A DNA stretch of 64,000 bases from Mustelus asterias (lineage: Eukaryota): the NCBI RefSeq assembly GCF_964213995.1, contig NW_027590119.1, forward strand, positions 2,294,001 to 2,358,000, written 5' to 3'. The notes beneath the pieces were generated by a model. The model saw nothing but the letters and a program-made list of their open reading frames with translations. It had not been told where the DNA came from and ran no database searches. Each line of letters begins with the position of its first letter. The stretch's first letter is position 1. Position numbers and translations under genes: made by a program. This document shows, in pieces, positions 47,960 to 60,663 of this stretch.

Positions 47960-48525
47960 CGCTGCAGAATCCATCATCCATTCCTTTCTTACCTCTCGAC
48001 TGAACAATTCCAATACAGTTCCAACCGGCCTCCAACATTAAGCAACCCCCTCCAAACTATCCTAAACTGCCCATGTGCTTACTCACACCAAATCATGTTC
48101 ACCCATCGCCCCTATGCTTGCTGATCTACAAATGCTTCCTTTTAAGAAGCATCAGAATTTTAAAATTCTCATCTTTGTTTTCCTCCATGGTTACAATCAT
48201 TCCTGTGTCTGTAATCTTCTCCGGCCACACACTCCTCTGCGATCTCAACGATAATCTAATTCCTCTTGAGCATTCTCAGTTTTAATCATTATACCATTAC
48301 AAATCATCCTTTCAGTTGCACACAGGCCACAAGCTCTGCAATCTCTTCTTTAAATCTCTCTGCCTGTCCATCACCTCTGCTTTCTTGAAAACCCACCTCT
48401 TTGACCAAACCTTTGGTCACCTGTCCTAATATAGCTCAGTATCAAATGTCACTGTCTAATATTTGTGAGAAAATGTCTGGGGCTGTTTTATTATGTTAAA
48501 GACACAATATGAATATAAATGATTG
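47960..48525 (+). mobile_element. Decayed L2 LINE 3' end (upstream pieces at ~47480-47640 and 14940-15090)
   Basis: cttgaaaacccacctctttgaccaaacctttggtcacc...tatgttaaagacac tail. Confidence 0.6.
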
Positions 48526-48629
48526 CAACTGCCCTGATATCGTTGTTCTCATCAGCAAGAGATTGGAAGTGAAAGGGTGAAGCAGTTAGATGGTCAAGTT
48601 ATTCACATTCTGTCAGTGGTAATTCCAAA

Positions 48630-49150
48630 ACATTGCCCCAAACAAAGATGGCGACTGCGCATGCGCCGTGTTGCTGGTGCGCCGACTGAAGACGGCGACT
48701 GCGCACGCGCCGTGTTGCTCGTGCCCCGATGACGATGGCCCTGATTAACCCGGGTCTGTAACTGGGAGAATGCTGAGGCCCTGCTCTGCGCTGAGGGCCG
48801 GGACCATCCTCTGATATCGCCAGGTTCTTTTTAAGAGTTCGCAGTTTACGTAACATGTTTACGACGCCTCTCCAAACCCCCGCCTGGTCTATCGCGTCCT
48901 CCGCCCCGCCATTCCCACCTTTACTGATTGTGGATCCGAGAAAGAATGTCTCCACTGCCATTAATCACACTGCGCATGCTTCACTCAGCCCCGCCCCTCA
49001 TTCGCTCCGATTGGTCGGAGGACCAGCTGCTCCCTCGCGATCGTCCAGCTTCCTCTCCTTCTATTGGCCCGGAGCTGCCGTCAATCAGTCCCCGGGCATT
49101 GTGAGGTGTCGGGTGAGAGGTCAGTGCCGGGGGGCGGGGTTTACAATGAA
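48630..49150. promoter_or_regulatory. Bidirectional CpG-island promoter of a ZNF pair
   Basis: YY1 AAGATGGCG next to NRF1 TGCGCATGCGC (duplicated), GC boxes, reversed dyad plus CCAAT at 49010-49047. Confidence 0.75.
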
Positions 49151-49490
49151 CATCCTCCACTCTCCCTGTCCACCGCTTCCGGCTTCTCCCCACAAACCAT
49201 CTCCAACAAAGAGAGAATGGGACACACTGACCGAGTGACAATGTCACTGCATTAGTAATCCAGAGAGACAGCACAATGTTCTGGGGACAGGGCTTCAAAT
49301 CCATTCAATTAATACAATCTGCAATTTAAAGTTAGTCTCAGTGAGGGTGACTGAGGCTTCTCTGAGAAAATCTGCACACATTCCATTCTGGGCACAAGAT
49401 TCAGATTCCTGTTTTGTCACAAGGTATGAATGAAATTATGTTCAGTTTGTTATTTTTGTTAAAATTGGATTTTTTTGTTAAATTTGACAA

Positions 49491-49782
49491 ATGGTACACT
49501 GGTTAGCACTGCTGCTTTTCAGCGCCAGGGACCTGGGTTCGTTTCCCGGATTGGGTCTGTGTGGAGTTTGCATGTCCTCCCCGTGTCTGCGTGGGTTTCC
49601 TCTGGGTGCTCCGGTTTCCTCCCACAATCTGAAAAATGTGCTGGTTAGGTGCATTGGCCATGCTAAATTCTCTCTCAGTATACCCGAACAGGCGCTGGAG
49701 TGTGGCGACTGGGGGATTTTCATGGTAACTTCATTGCGGTGTTAATGTAAGCCTACTTGTGACTAATAAATGGACTTTACTT
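49491..49782 (+). mobile_element. V-SINE, alternative-tail subfamily
   Basis: Head, V-domain, alternative tail. Confidence 0.85.
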
Positions 49783-50323
49783 TAAAAGGATCTGGAAAAA
49801 ATTATCTAAAACTTAATTTGGATATCCAAAGAGTGTGTGGGACGGGAATTTACAGATTTGGGGGAACAAGAGAGGATAAAATGTTCCAGAGAAACTAGAA
49901 TTGTTTGTTCAGAGTTTCTGTCCTGGACTGACATTTGGTTACATTTGTAAACCCCATTGACAGCATATTAGAAGCTGAGGATTTGTGGAGAAAATATTCA
50001 ATTAAGGATCAATTCCGGGTCAAAGTCATTTGGGGAATGAAAGTGAAAAATATTCCACCAAATGAGAACTGTCTGTTCTGAATTTCTATCTTGTACTGAC
50101 ATTTTAAACTCCTTTATCAGATTATTAGAAGCAGAGGATTTGGAGATAGGAAATGCAAACCAAACATCTCATCAACATCTGATACTCAATGAATCAGAGT
50201 GTGAGTATCATTGGCCTTTGAATGTGGAGGGAAGATTGTTTTAACAAGTTGCATAGCCTTTAAGACATTTCAACATTTGAAGCAGATAGAATCCACGTGT
50301 ACTGTGTACGAGGCTTGAACTGA

Positions 50324-50950
50324 TCAACCAACCTGGAGAGAAACAAGGATACCAGCACCACAGAGAAACCGTGTAAATGTGGGGATTGTGGAAAGGAATT
50401 CAAGTATCCATCCCTGCTGGAAATTCATCGACGCAGTCACACTGGAGAGAAACCATTCACCTGCTCTGTATGTGGGAAGGGATTTACTCAGTCAACCATT
50501 CTGCTGAGACACCAGCGATTTCACACAGGGGAGAGACCGTTCCCCTGTTGTGGGTGTGGGAAGGGATTCACTCAGTCATCTGAGCTTCTGATACACTGGA
50601 GAGTTCACACTGGGGAGAAGCCATTCACTTGCTCTGTTTGTGGGAGGGGATTCACTCAGTTATCCCAGCTGCTGACACACCAGCGAGTTCACACTGGGGA
50701 GAGGCCATTCACCTGCTCTGTGTGTGAGAAGCGATTCACTAATTCATCAAACCTGCTTACACACCAGCGAGTTCACACTGGCAAGAGACCATTCATTTGT
50801 TCCATGTGTGAGAAAGGATTCACAACTTCATCCAACCTTTTGACACACCAGCGAATTCACACCTGGGAGAGGCCATTCACCTGTTCAGTGTGTGAGAGGG
50901 GATTCAGTCAGCTAGCCCACCTGCTGACACACCAGCAAGTTCACAAGTGA
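50324..50950 (+). pseudogene. Class A ZNF with 7 intact fingers but start codon ATG changed to ACA (50360)
   Basis: gcaccACAgagaaaccg versus gcaccATGgagaaaccg in paralogues; frame otherwise open. Confidence 0.7.
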
Positions 50951-51659
50951 CTAAAGGGTTTGGATTCCACTGATGTTGCTGGCGTTCACTATACCCAGGA
51001 CTGAACCATGTTCATTCTGACAATTCAGGTTTGTCTCTCTGATGTTACCAACAATAGTTCTGGCTGGAGTTTAAGATTCTAGTTAGTTAGCTGATTGCGT
51101 TCTTGGGCGTGCAGCCTCCCTTTAAGAATATGTGTCTGTGATCATTCCCCTGAATTCAGAGAATTCCACCAGCAATCAGTTTGCCACAAATATTGAACTT
51201 TTACTTCAATCCTAAATTGATCTTTGGTACAAACTCGACAATTCAGTGTCTGAGAGGTTCCACTGATGAACATCTCCAATTAGAAAGTGCTAATTAATCC
51301 TTGCTGACAATTCTTACTGACCTGCACATTACACACAGTGACACCTCCATTATCCCCCAGAAAGAAGGGGAATGGGAATTGGTGGAGAATCAAGCGTTCC
51401 CAAATGTTACCCCTCCCGTCTGGTACAGAAATCCCCTCGGCTCGGGAATGAAGACAGGTCCAATTGAAATAACAAACTTGTGTATATCTTTCATGAAAAA
51501 GGGGCTACAAAATCATCAGATAGGAGAGATTGGGACCAATCTTATTGAGTAAACAAGTAAACTAAATCAAATTAACTGAGGGGAGGGGATTGGTGTCAGT
51601 GTGGGGTTTACATCAGTCAGCAGGAGATTGGTGTCAGTGTGCTTAGAACCCAAGGGAAT

Positions 51660-52545
51660 AGGGGAATAGGGGAGATCCTAAATGAATACTTTGCATCGGT
51701 ATTCACGAAGGAGAGGGGTGTGTTAACCGGGAGTGTCTCGGAGGGAGGTGTTGACCCGTTAGAGAAAATCTCCATTACAAGAGAGGAAGTGTTAGGTTTT
51801 TTAGGGAACATTAAAACTGACAAAGCCCCAGGGCCTGATGGCATCTATCCTCGACTGCTCAGGGAGACGAGAGGTGAAATTGCTGGGCCTCTGACGGAAA
51901 TCTTTGTTGCTTCTTTGGACACGGGTGAGGTCCCTGAGGATTGGAGGATAGCGAATGTGGTCCCGTTGTTTAAGAAGGGTAGCAGGGATAACCCAGGAAA
52001 TTATAGGCCGGTGAGCTTGACGTACTGCGTCCAGTTCTGGTCGCCGCACTACCAGAAGGACGTGGAGGCATTGGAGAGAGTGCAGAGAAGGTTTACCAGG
52101 ATGTTGCCTGGTATGGAGGGTCTTAGCTATGAGGAGAGATTGGGTAGACTGGGGTTGTTCTCCTTGGAAAGACGGAGAATGAGGGGAGATCTAATAGAGG
52201 TATACAAGATTATGAAGGGTATAGATAGGGTGAACAGTGGGAAGCTTTTTCCCAGGTCGGAGGTGACGATCACGAGGGGTCACGGGCTCAAGCTGAGAGG
52301 GGCGAAGTATAACTCAGACATCAGAGGGACGTTTTTTACACACAGGGTGGTGGGGGCCTGGAATGCACTGCCAAGTAGGGTGTGGAGGCAGGCACGCTGA
52401 CATCGTTTAAGACTTACCTGGATAGTCACATGAGCAGCCTGGGAATGGAGGGATACAAACGATTGGTCTAGTTGGACCAAGGAGCGGCACAGGCTTGGAG
52501 GGCCGAAGGGCCTGTTTCCTATGCTGTACTGTTCTTTGTTCTTTT
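51660..52545 (+). mobile_element. Young CR1 LINE with internal RT deletion
   Basis: NYRPVSLT joined in frame to YCVQFWSPHY at ~52021. Confidence 0.88.
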
Positions 52546-52663
52546 GTGGGGGTTTATATCAGACAGGAGGAGATTGGTGTCAGTGACTGTGTGTGTGTGT
52601 GTGTGTGTTTGTGGAGGGGGGGGGGGGGGGGGGGGCGATGCCGGGGGGCCGGGCCGGGCTGGC

Positions 52664-53623
52664 GGCCTTGGCGAGATGTTCGTCTTCATCAATGACATGT
52701 TGAAGGCTCTGGAGGAGATGCCGTAGCTTCTCCGCATCTCCTCCAGAGCCTTCAACATGTCATTGATGAAGACGAACATCTCGCCAAGGCCATCCCCACA
52801 CCCCCACTTCTTGCCTTCAAACAACCGCACAACCTCAAACAGATCATTGTCCGCAGCAAACTACCCAGCCTTCAGGAGAACAGTGACCACGACAACACAC
52901 AACCCTGGTACAGCAACCTCTGCAAGACGTGCCGGATCATTGACACAGATGCCATCATCTCACGTGAGAACACCAGGTACATGGTACATACTCTTGCAAC
53001 TCGGCCAACGTTGTCTACCTGATACGCTGCAGGAAAGGATGTCCCGAGGCATGGTACATTGGGAAAACCATGACGCTACGCTACGACAATGGATGAATGA
53101 ACACCGCTCGACAATCACCAGGCAAGACTGTTCTCTTCCTGTTGGGGAGCACTTCAGTGGTCACGGGCATTCAGCCTCTGATATTCGGGTAAGCGTTCTC
53201 CGAGGCGGCCTTCACGACACATGACGGCGCAGAGTCGCTGAGCAGAAACTGATAGCCAAGTTCCGCACACATGAGGACGGCCTCAACCGGGATATTGGGT
53301 TCATGTCACACGATCTGTAATCCCCACAGCTTGCCTGGACTTGCGGAATTTCACTGGCTGTCCTGTCTGGAGACAATAGACATCTCTTTGACCTGTCTTG
53401 GTGCTCTCTCCACTCACATTGTTTGTACCTTTAAGACTTGATTAGCTGTAAGTATTCGCATTCCAACCATTATTCTGTAAATTGAGTTTGTGTCTTTATA
53501 TGCCCTGTTTGTGAACAGAATTCCCACTCACCTGAAGAAGGGGCTTGGAGCTCCGAAAGCTTGTGTGGCTTTTGCTACCAAATAAACCTGTTGGACTTTA
53601 ACCTGGTGTTGTTAAACTTCTTA
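52664..53623 (+). mobile_element. 5'-truncated Penelope-like element (GIY-YIG endonuclease, pLTR)
   Basis: Frameshifted translation PLLAFKQPHNL...CKTC...NVVYLIRC...WYIG...RQWMNEH...VGEHF...GLN; 58-bp 5' inversion. Confidence 0.9.
53524..53568 (+). ncRNA. Minimal type I hammerhead ribozyme
   Basis: cac-CTGAAGA-a-ggggc-ttgga-gctcc-GAAA-gc-TT-gtg. Confidence 0.7.
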
Positions 53624-54147
53624 ACAACCCTACAACTGGCTGAAGTTTAATAATCTGGAGATGTCCCTTTTTAAAGGCACTATCTGTGATCTTTCAGCTG
53701 AATTAAAGAACTGTCAACAGAAACTTGGTTGCAATAAAATTATGAACTTTTTACTTCAATCCTAAATTGATCTTTGATGCAAAATCTACAATTCATTGTC
53801 TCCCAAAGGTGATGGGTTCCCATCAAGTAGAGGTGACTTTTCCAGCTCAGGTACATTCACAGGATGGAGGAAGGTCACTCCAGTGGCTCGGCAACAAGAG
53901 CCAACACTGAAAACAACAACCCACAACCAGACCTGAGAACCACTTCACTTGTGGCAAGACCTGCCCCTCACGGATTGGTCCCTTCAGCCATCAGTAACAG
54001 TGAAGCAGAGGGTGCGTGGGCCTTCAGGGTCTCAGTGACCAGGAGAGACAACAATTCTGCACAGAGGGGCCTGAGAGCTGAACCCAGACAGAGTGGAGGG
54101 AGGGAGAAAACTGAGTGGAGAAAAGAATTGGTGGAGAGGGTGAGATG

Positions 54148-54474
54148 GGGCGGCACGGTAGCGCAGTGGTTAGCACTGCTGCTTCACAGCTCCAGGGTCC
54201 CGGGTTCGATTCCCAGCTCGGGTCACTGTCTGTGTGGAGTTTGCACATTCTCCTCGTGTCTGCGTGCTCTGGTTTCCTCCCACAGTCCAAAGATGTGCGG
54301 GTTAGGTTGATTGGCCAGGTTAAAAAAATTGCCCCTTAGAATCCTAAGATGCGTAGGTTAGAGGGATTAGCGGGTAAAATATGTGGGGGTAGGGCCTGGG
54401 TGGGATTGTGGTCGGTGCAGACTCGATGGGCCGAATGGCCTCCTTCTGCGCTGTAGGGATTCTATGATTTCTAT
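54148..54474 (+). mobile_element. Full-length HE1 V-SINE
   Basis: Head, V-domain, HER1 tail. Confidence 0.92.
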
Positions 54475-54971
54475 GGGTTTGGATTTCAGCCCAGGGACGG
54501 GGGAGAGTGTGTGAGATGGGGATTTACAGATTTGGAGGAAACGAAAGGAAAAAATGTTCCAAAAACAAAACTAGAATTGTCTGTTCAGAATTTCTATCCT
54601 GGACTGACCGTGATTAATTTTGTAAACTCTTTTTCCAGGTATTAACAAGGGAAAGATTTGTAGATGCAAAACTCAAAACAAACATTTTGGTTTGAGTCAA
54701 TCGATCATTCATCAATCTGTGAATGTGGAAGGAGAAATGTTTATCTCTTGAAGATTTTAAACATCAGTGCAACTGGAAAAACACCGAGACACACACACAC
54801 ACCCGAGTGAGAGTGTTCCAGTGAACTGACTGTGGAAAGAGCTTTAACCAGTGACACAGCCTGAGAAAACATCACACCATTCACAGCAGGGAGAAACTGT
54901 ACACGTGTTATCTGCAAGGACGAGGTTTCAACTGATCATCTAACCTGGAGAGACACAAGGACACTGGCACC

Positions 54972-55772
54972 ATGGAGAAACCTTGGAAATGTGGGGACTG
55001 TGGTAAAGGATTCAAGTCTTTATTCCGACTGGAAATCCATCAACGCAGTCACACTGGGGAGAAGCCATTCGTCTGTTCTGTGTGTGGAAAGGGATTTACC
55101 AAGACAACATACCTGATGTTACACCAGAGAATTCACACTGAGGAGAGGCCCTTCAGCTGCACTCACTGTGAGAAGAGGTTCAACAGCACATCCAGTCTCG
55201 CTACACACCAGCGGATTCACACTGGGGTGAAGCCGTTCACCTGCTCTGTGTGCGGTGAGAAATTCACTCGGTCATCCGGCCTTTGGACACATCAGCGAAT
55301 TCACACTGAGGAGAAACCGTTCAGCTGCACTTCTTGTGGAAAGAGTTTCGGGCAGTCATCCACCCTGACTGCTCACCAACGCACTCACACCGGGGAGAGA
55401 CCGTTCACCTGCTCCGTGTGTGGGAAGAAATTCTCCCAGTCATTTGATCTGGTGAGACACCAGCGACTTCACACCGGGGAGAGACCATTCACCTGCTCGG
55501 TGTGTGGGAAGGGATTCACTCGGTTATTCACCCTCCAGTCCCACCACCGCACTCACACTCAGGAGAATCCATTCAGCTGCAGTACCTGTGGAAAGAGTTT
55601 CAAGCAGTCATCCAACCTCCTGACTCACCGACGCACTCACTCTGGGGAGAGGCCTTTCACCTGCTCCTTGTGTGGAAAGGCATTCACAAGGTCCTCCAGC
55701 CTGCTGAGACACCAGCAAATTCACAATAGACTGCAAGGATTGGATTCTGCTTTTAATCACAGCTTGGATTGA
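54972..55772 (+). CDS. C2H2 zinc-finger protein (9 fingers, class A)
   Basis: Intact array; gcaccATGG; splice acceptor at 54638. Confidence 0.92.
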   Translation: MEKPWKCGDCGKGFKSLFRLEIHQRSHTGEKPFVCSVCGKGFTKTTYLMLHQRIHTEERPFSCTHCEKRFNSTSSLATHQRIHTGVKPFTCSVCGEKFTRSSGLWTHQRIHTEEKPFSCTSCGKSFGQSSTLTAHQRTHTGERPFTCSVCGKKFSQSFDLVRHQRLHTGERPFTCSVCGKGFTRLFTLQSHHRTHTQENPFSCSTCGKSFKQSSNLLTHRRTHSGERPFTCSLCGKAFTRSSSLLRHQQIHNRLQGLDSAFNHSLD

Positions 55773-56199
55773 TAGTCTGACAATATTGGTTCGATTTTGC
55801 TGATATTAACATCCCTATAAGTAGCTGGAGTTTAATATTCTGGAGATGTCACTGATTTTCGGAGCTGCAATGTCCCTTTTTAAAAACACCTTCTGTGATC
55901 TTTCCCCTAAATTCAAGAATCCTTAACAAGAACCTGTTCAACATAAAATGATGAACTTTACTTCAATCCTAAATTAATCTTTGATGCAAATCAGTGTGTG
56001 AGAGATTCCACTGATTAACATCTCCAATTAGAAAGTCCTGATTAATCCTTGCTGACAATTCTGACTGACGTCTTCACAGTGACACGTCCATTATGAAATT
56101 AAATATGAAGGAACATAAACAAAATAGTGAAATATTATACAGGCACAGTTAAATCTCACATAAAATCCTTAACAATCAATATTGAAGTTGATGAAACTT

Positions 56200-57080
56200 G
56201 GAGGTCTCTGAGTTCACCCATTTCTGACACAGCAGCAGCAACATTTGGTAAAGGTGGCTCCTACAACAGACTGGTTTGAGACCCACTCAGCAGAGATGAC
56301 ACCGGTCATTGAAGCAAAAAGCAAAGCCTACCTGATGCTCATCATAAACCCAACAGCTGGAACATTGCATCAGAAATTCTGAAAACAGTGAGATACTCTG
56401 TTAATAAACACCAGACAATCCTACACCAATAATTCCAAACTGCCTGTGATAATGAACATCTCTGTGCGATGTATGATGGGATGAATATGATGCTTTCTCC
56501 TACAATCACCAAATTGTTCCCCTGAAATCGGCAGATGGTGAAGTTCTCACCGACAGAAGTAAACCGATGTCCCACTGGGTTGAACACGACTGTGAGCTGT
56601 ACTCCCGTGAGATGGATACCTCCCAGTCTCTGTTTGATTCTACTGCAGCTTCCTGTCACGGTTGAGTTGGACGAGGAATCCTCATCACTTGAGCTGGAAA
56701 AGGCCATTGATTGTGGAACAAGCAGAAAGGCTCCCAGCAAGGATGAGTTCCAGCTGAACTGTTCAGACACGGAAAGTCCCATCGCTGCCACATCTTCATA
56801 ACCTCCTGCTTCTCTGTTGGGAGGTAGGGCCTGTTCCACAGGAGATACGTGACACAAAAATCTTCACAATATACAAAACATGCAGTGACAGAGGAGATTG
56901 CAACAACTACAGGAACATCTCACTCCTTCGCATCACTGGGAAGGCCTTCACTAGGGTCATGTTTAAACGACTCCAGCTATTTGCAGACTGAGTGTATCCA
57001 GAAGCACAGTGCGGTTTCTGTCCTGACAGAGCTCCAGTGAACATGATCTTCTCCACACACCAGCTACAAGAGGAGTGAAC
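56200..57080 (+). mobile_element. Decayed RTE-clade LINE
   Basis: ELEKAID...KAP, GDCNNYRNISLL..TGK, YPEAQCGF and DMIF-like motifs. Confidence 0.75.
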
Positions 57081-57293
57081 AATTAGTATTGAATCTAAAA
57101 TGTTGCCAGCTCCTGTGCTGAGAAAAGTGAAATGTTGTAATTACTGAGTGAAAGTGAACCTTTCGGTGTGAATTACAATTTACTTGTACAATTGGAAAAG
57201 GCACCAAAATGTTTGATTCTTAACTTAAGCTTTGAAGTTGTACTTCGGAGCTCACAGGCTGAGGGAAGCTCCACCCTCTTTAACTCTTTCTGA

Positions 57294-58162
57294 CATAGAA
57301 AAACTACAGCACAAACAGGCCCTTCGGCCCACAAGTTGTGCCGAACACATCCCTACCTTCTAGACCTACCTATAACCCTCCATCCTATTAAGTCCGATGT
57401 ACTCATCCAGGAGTCTCTTAACAGACCCTATTGAGTTCGCCTCCACCACCACTGACGGCAGCCGATTCCACTCGCCCACCACCCTCTGTGTGAAAACCTT
57501 ACCCCTAACATCTCCCCTGTACCTACCCCCCAGCACCTTAAACCTGAGTCCTCTCGTAGCAGACATTTCCACCCTGGGAAAAAGCCTCTGAGAGTCCACC
57601 CGATCTATGCCTCTCAACATCTTATACACCTCTATTAGGTCTCCTCTCATCCTTCGTCTCTCCAAGGAGAAAAGACTGAGCTCCCTCAGCCTATCCTCAT
57701 AAGGCATGCCACTCAATCCAGGCAACATCCTTGTAAATCTCCTCTGCACCCTTTCAATCTTTTCCACATCCTTCCTATAGTGAGGCGACCAGAACTGAGC
57801 ACAGTACTCCAAGTGGGGTCTGACGAGGGTCTTATATAGCTGCATCATTATCCCCGGACTCCTAAACTCAGCCCCTCGATTGATAAAGGCCAGCACACCA
57901 TACGCCTTCTTAACCACCTCCTCCACCTGCGGGCCGATTTCAGAGTCCTATTGACCCGGACCCCAAGGTCCTTCTGATCCTCTACAGTACTAAGAGTCTT
58001 TCCCTTTATATTGTACTCCTTCATCCCATTTGACCTACCAAAATGGACCACGATGCATTTATCTGGGTTGAAGTCCATCTGCCACTTGTCCGCCCAGTCT
58101 TGCATCCTATCTATGTCCCTCTGTAACTTCTGACATCCCTCCAGGCTATCCACAACCCCACC
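57294..58162 (-). mobile_element. CR1 LINE 3' part
   Basis: ORFs 57366..57926 and 57848..58153. Confidence 0.92.
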
Positions 58163-59309
58163 TTAGAAGGTTGACATTTACCTGTGAAAACGCACTTTTG
58201 TGGTTTAATTTTCCTTGCGTTATAATATATTTATTTGGAAAGACACTTGAAGAATGAAGAAAAAAACATTTTGGAAAAACTGAGAAAAAATGCCAAAATA
58301 ATTGGAAACACAAAGATCAAAATGGTGTTTGGTTCACCTTTGATCTGGAAATAAAGTTGACATAATTGGAATATTTGCTTCACCCTTTTACAATCAGGCA
58401 GCACGGTGACAACTTAAACCAAAGATTCTGCTTTTTGAAGATTTGACTTCATCCCATTTGTTATCATTTAAATCAAAGCTCCTGAGAATGGGAGATATGA
58501 GCATTACCCCAAACTGATACAACTACCTGTACTTCTGCCTCTGATCTCAAAATACACTATTGTGTGAGTGTTCAATTGGACAGAAAGGTTTCCGCATTCT
58601 CCTGAAAGCGGGAGAAAGGGAAGCCCCATTTGGAATCAAACATCGAAAAAATTCACACCAGCAAATGGGAATTGAAGTAATTCACTCTGAGTCTAGTTCA
58701 ATGGAATAGACAAACAGGATATCCACGTACGTTCTTGTAGAAGTCAGGAAAGTGGAGATGAGTCAAGTAATAGTTTTCTCTTGGAGATGTTTGTATCCTT
58801 GCTTGTGAACTTTAAAACAAACTGAATCAGATAACCTGGCCTCTGCCTGAAGACATTGGAACCATACAGAGAGAGAGATAAGCAAACATTTTCATATAGA
58901 CACTTCCTTGCGATTACTTGAAAATCTAGGAATGGGTGTCTCAGATGGTACATGGAGCATCCTTTGGGATACCAGTGTGAGTGTGCCCCTGCACTGAGGA
59001 ACAGACGTGTTCAGCTATTCGACAACAGAACAACATTGAGTGCTTAACATTGTCAGTAGAATGGGAAGATATTTTAATTTGTCAAGATATTGGCATATTT
59101 TGCAGAGAAACTGACTTTAAAACAATCAGGATCGAATGAAACACACTGGTATCTATCAGAGGGAGTAAACTTAAGCTGAAGAGTGATCTAAATCTGGCTT
59201 TTGAAAATATCCACAAGGTGGATGCAGGTGAGCAGAGAGCTGGAGAACCTTTGAAGTTTGTGCTTGAATATTTGAACCAGATGTATTTACAACTCGTCAA
59301 TAAACAGAA

Positions 59310-59462
59310 ATTGATAAATTCTTGATTTCTCGAGGAATTAAGGGCTATGGGGAGAGAGCGGGTAAATGGAGTTGAAATCAACCATGATTGAATGGTGGAG
59401 TGGACTCGATGGGCCGAATGGCCTTACTTCCGCTCCTATGTCTTATGGTCTTATGGTCTTAT
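59310..59462 (+). mobile_element. CR1 3' end with (TCTTATGG)n tail
   Basis: gactcgatgggccgaatggcc followed by the tail. Confidence 0.8.
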
Positions 59463-59534
59463 AATTTAGAATTGTGTGAGATAATCTGCAGAGGGGGAGG
59501 ATGAATCAAAGTCGATGATTGTCACATTTACTGG

Positions 59535-60377
59535 TGTGATGTTACTGTGCATTTAAGAACTGTATTTTTAAATCATGTTTTCTGCAGTTTGGGAGCAGGC
59601 CTTTGTTTTTCATTGTGGCGTTGGCTGAATGTTTGTGTGTCCTTTTATTGCTGCTTAAATGGTTTGAATGGGTTTATCTTTAATCTGGGTTTAAGGCACT
59701 TTGTGAGTTTGAAGTGTTGTGGGAAGAATGATTGACAGGTCAGGTTGGACAGTTTTGTTTCTCTCTCCCAAGAGTTCTTACTTTCAGTTTTGGTTGCTGG
59801 TTAGTTAGAAGGCGTTTGGACTCCAGACTGAAAGGCAGTATTTCTGTTCTCTCTCCTTGATATTAGAAATTCTGCTCTATTGGAAGCAGTTTTTCTTGCC
59901 ATCCTGGAGTGAAAGATTCTGATGTTGGTGATTTGCTAGGTAATGCCAGCTGTGGCTTTATCTCTACCTCAAGGTGCTGGGAGTTTCCGGAATGGTGAAG
60001 TCAGAATTTCAATTCTCCAACCAAAGGACTAATTTCCAGAATCACATGAGCATTCTTATTTTCTGTGCTAAACCTGTGACAGGTGTATGTTTGTAGGGAG
60101 GTTTGTCGTATTGGAACAGTGCATTTAGTTGTTAAGGTTTCTACAATATCATGGTTGTTTTCTTGTTTGTAATTAGCAAAAGCGATTGCTAATTTTCTTT
60201 CTATGTGTTAACTGTATTCTTAAATAAACTTTGTTTGATAAAATCTCCCCAGTGAGTCATTTGAATCATACAATGTTTCACTGCAGGTATGTTTACCCCA
60301 GCCAAATTCAAACTGCAAAACCTGTGGTCCAAGCTGACTTCATAAATACTTTGGAGTTTCTGACCTCAATTATAACA
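59535..60377 (+). mobile_element. Probable solo LTR
   Basis: TGTGAT...ATAACA termini; AATAAA at ~60223; TSD unclear. Confidence 0.4.
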
Positions 60378-60663
60378 CGGCAAAGTATTTACTTTTATTT
60401 CTGGTGACAACTCAAAGGTTTGTGTTGCTGATTCTGATCATTCTAGTACCTTTAGTTTTCTTGTCTATGGAATGTAATCAAGAAATTAGGAAAACAAGCT
60501 TGTAACTTAGAATCGCTGGGTTATTCAGAAATCAGTTTTTGAGTAGACAGTGAAGCTAATCCTTTCTCAAGATGGGAGATTTGTAAGAAATCACAGTCTA
60601 ATAACCTAATGAAAACTTCAGAAATGTATTACATATTATAGGAATCGTTCTGTGTGTATCTAC

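Noticed and set aside
54148-54225. tRNA genes
   Set aside because: A/B boxes belong to SINE heads that continue into V-domain or LF-SINE bodies
54815-54840. Selenocysteine UxxC finger (FQ-TGA-TDC)
   Set aside because: The same leader has other stops and frameshifting (CA)n indels, one paralogue has TGC, and no SECIS was identified
58170-59300. Possible decayed coding sequence
   Set aside because: No sustained ORF or motif that I can recognise
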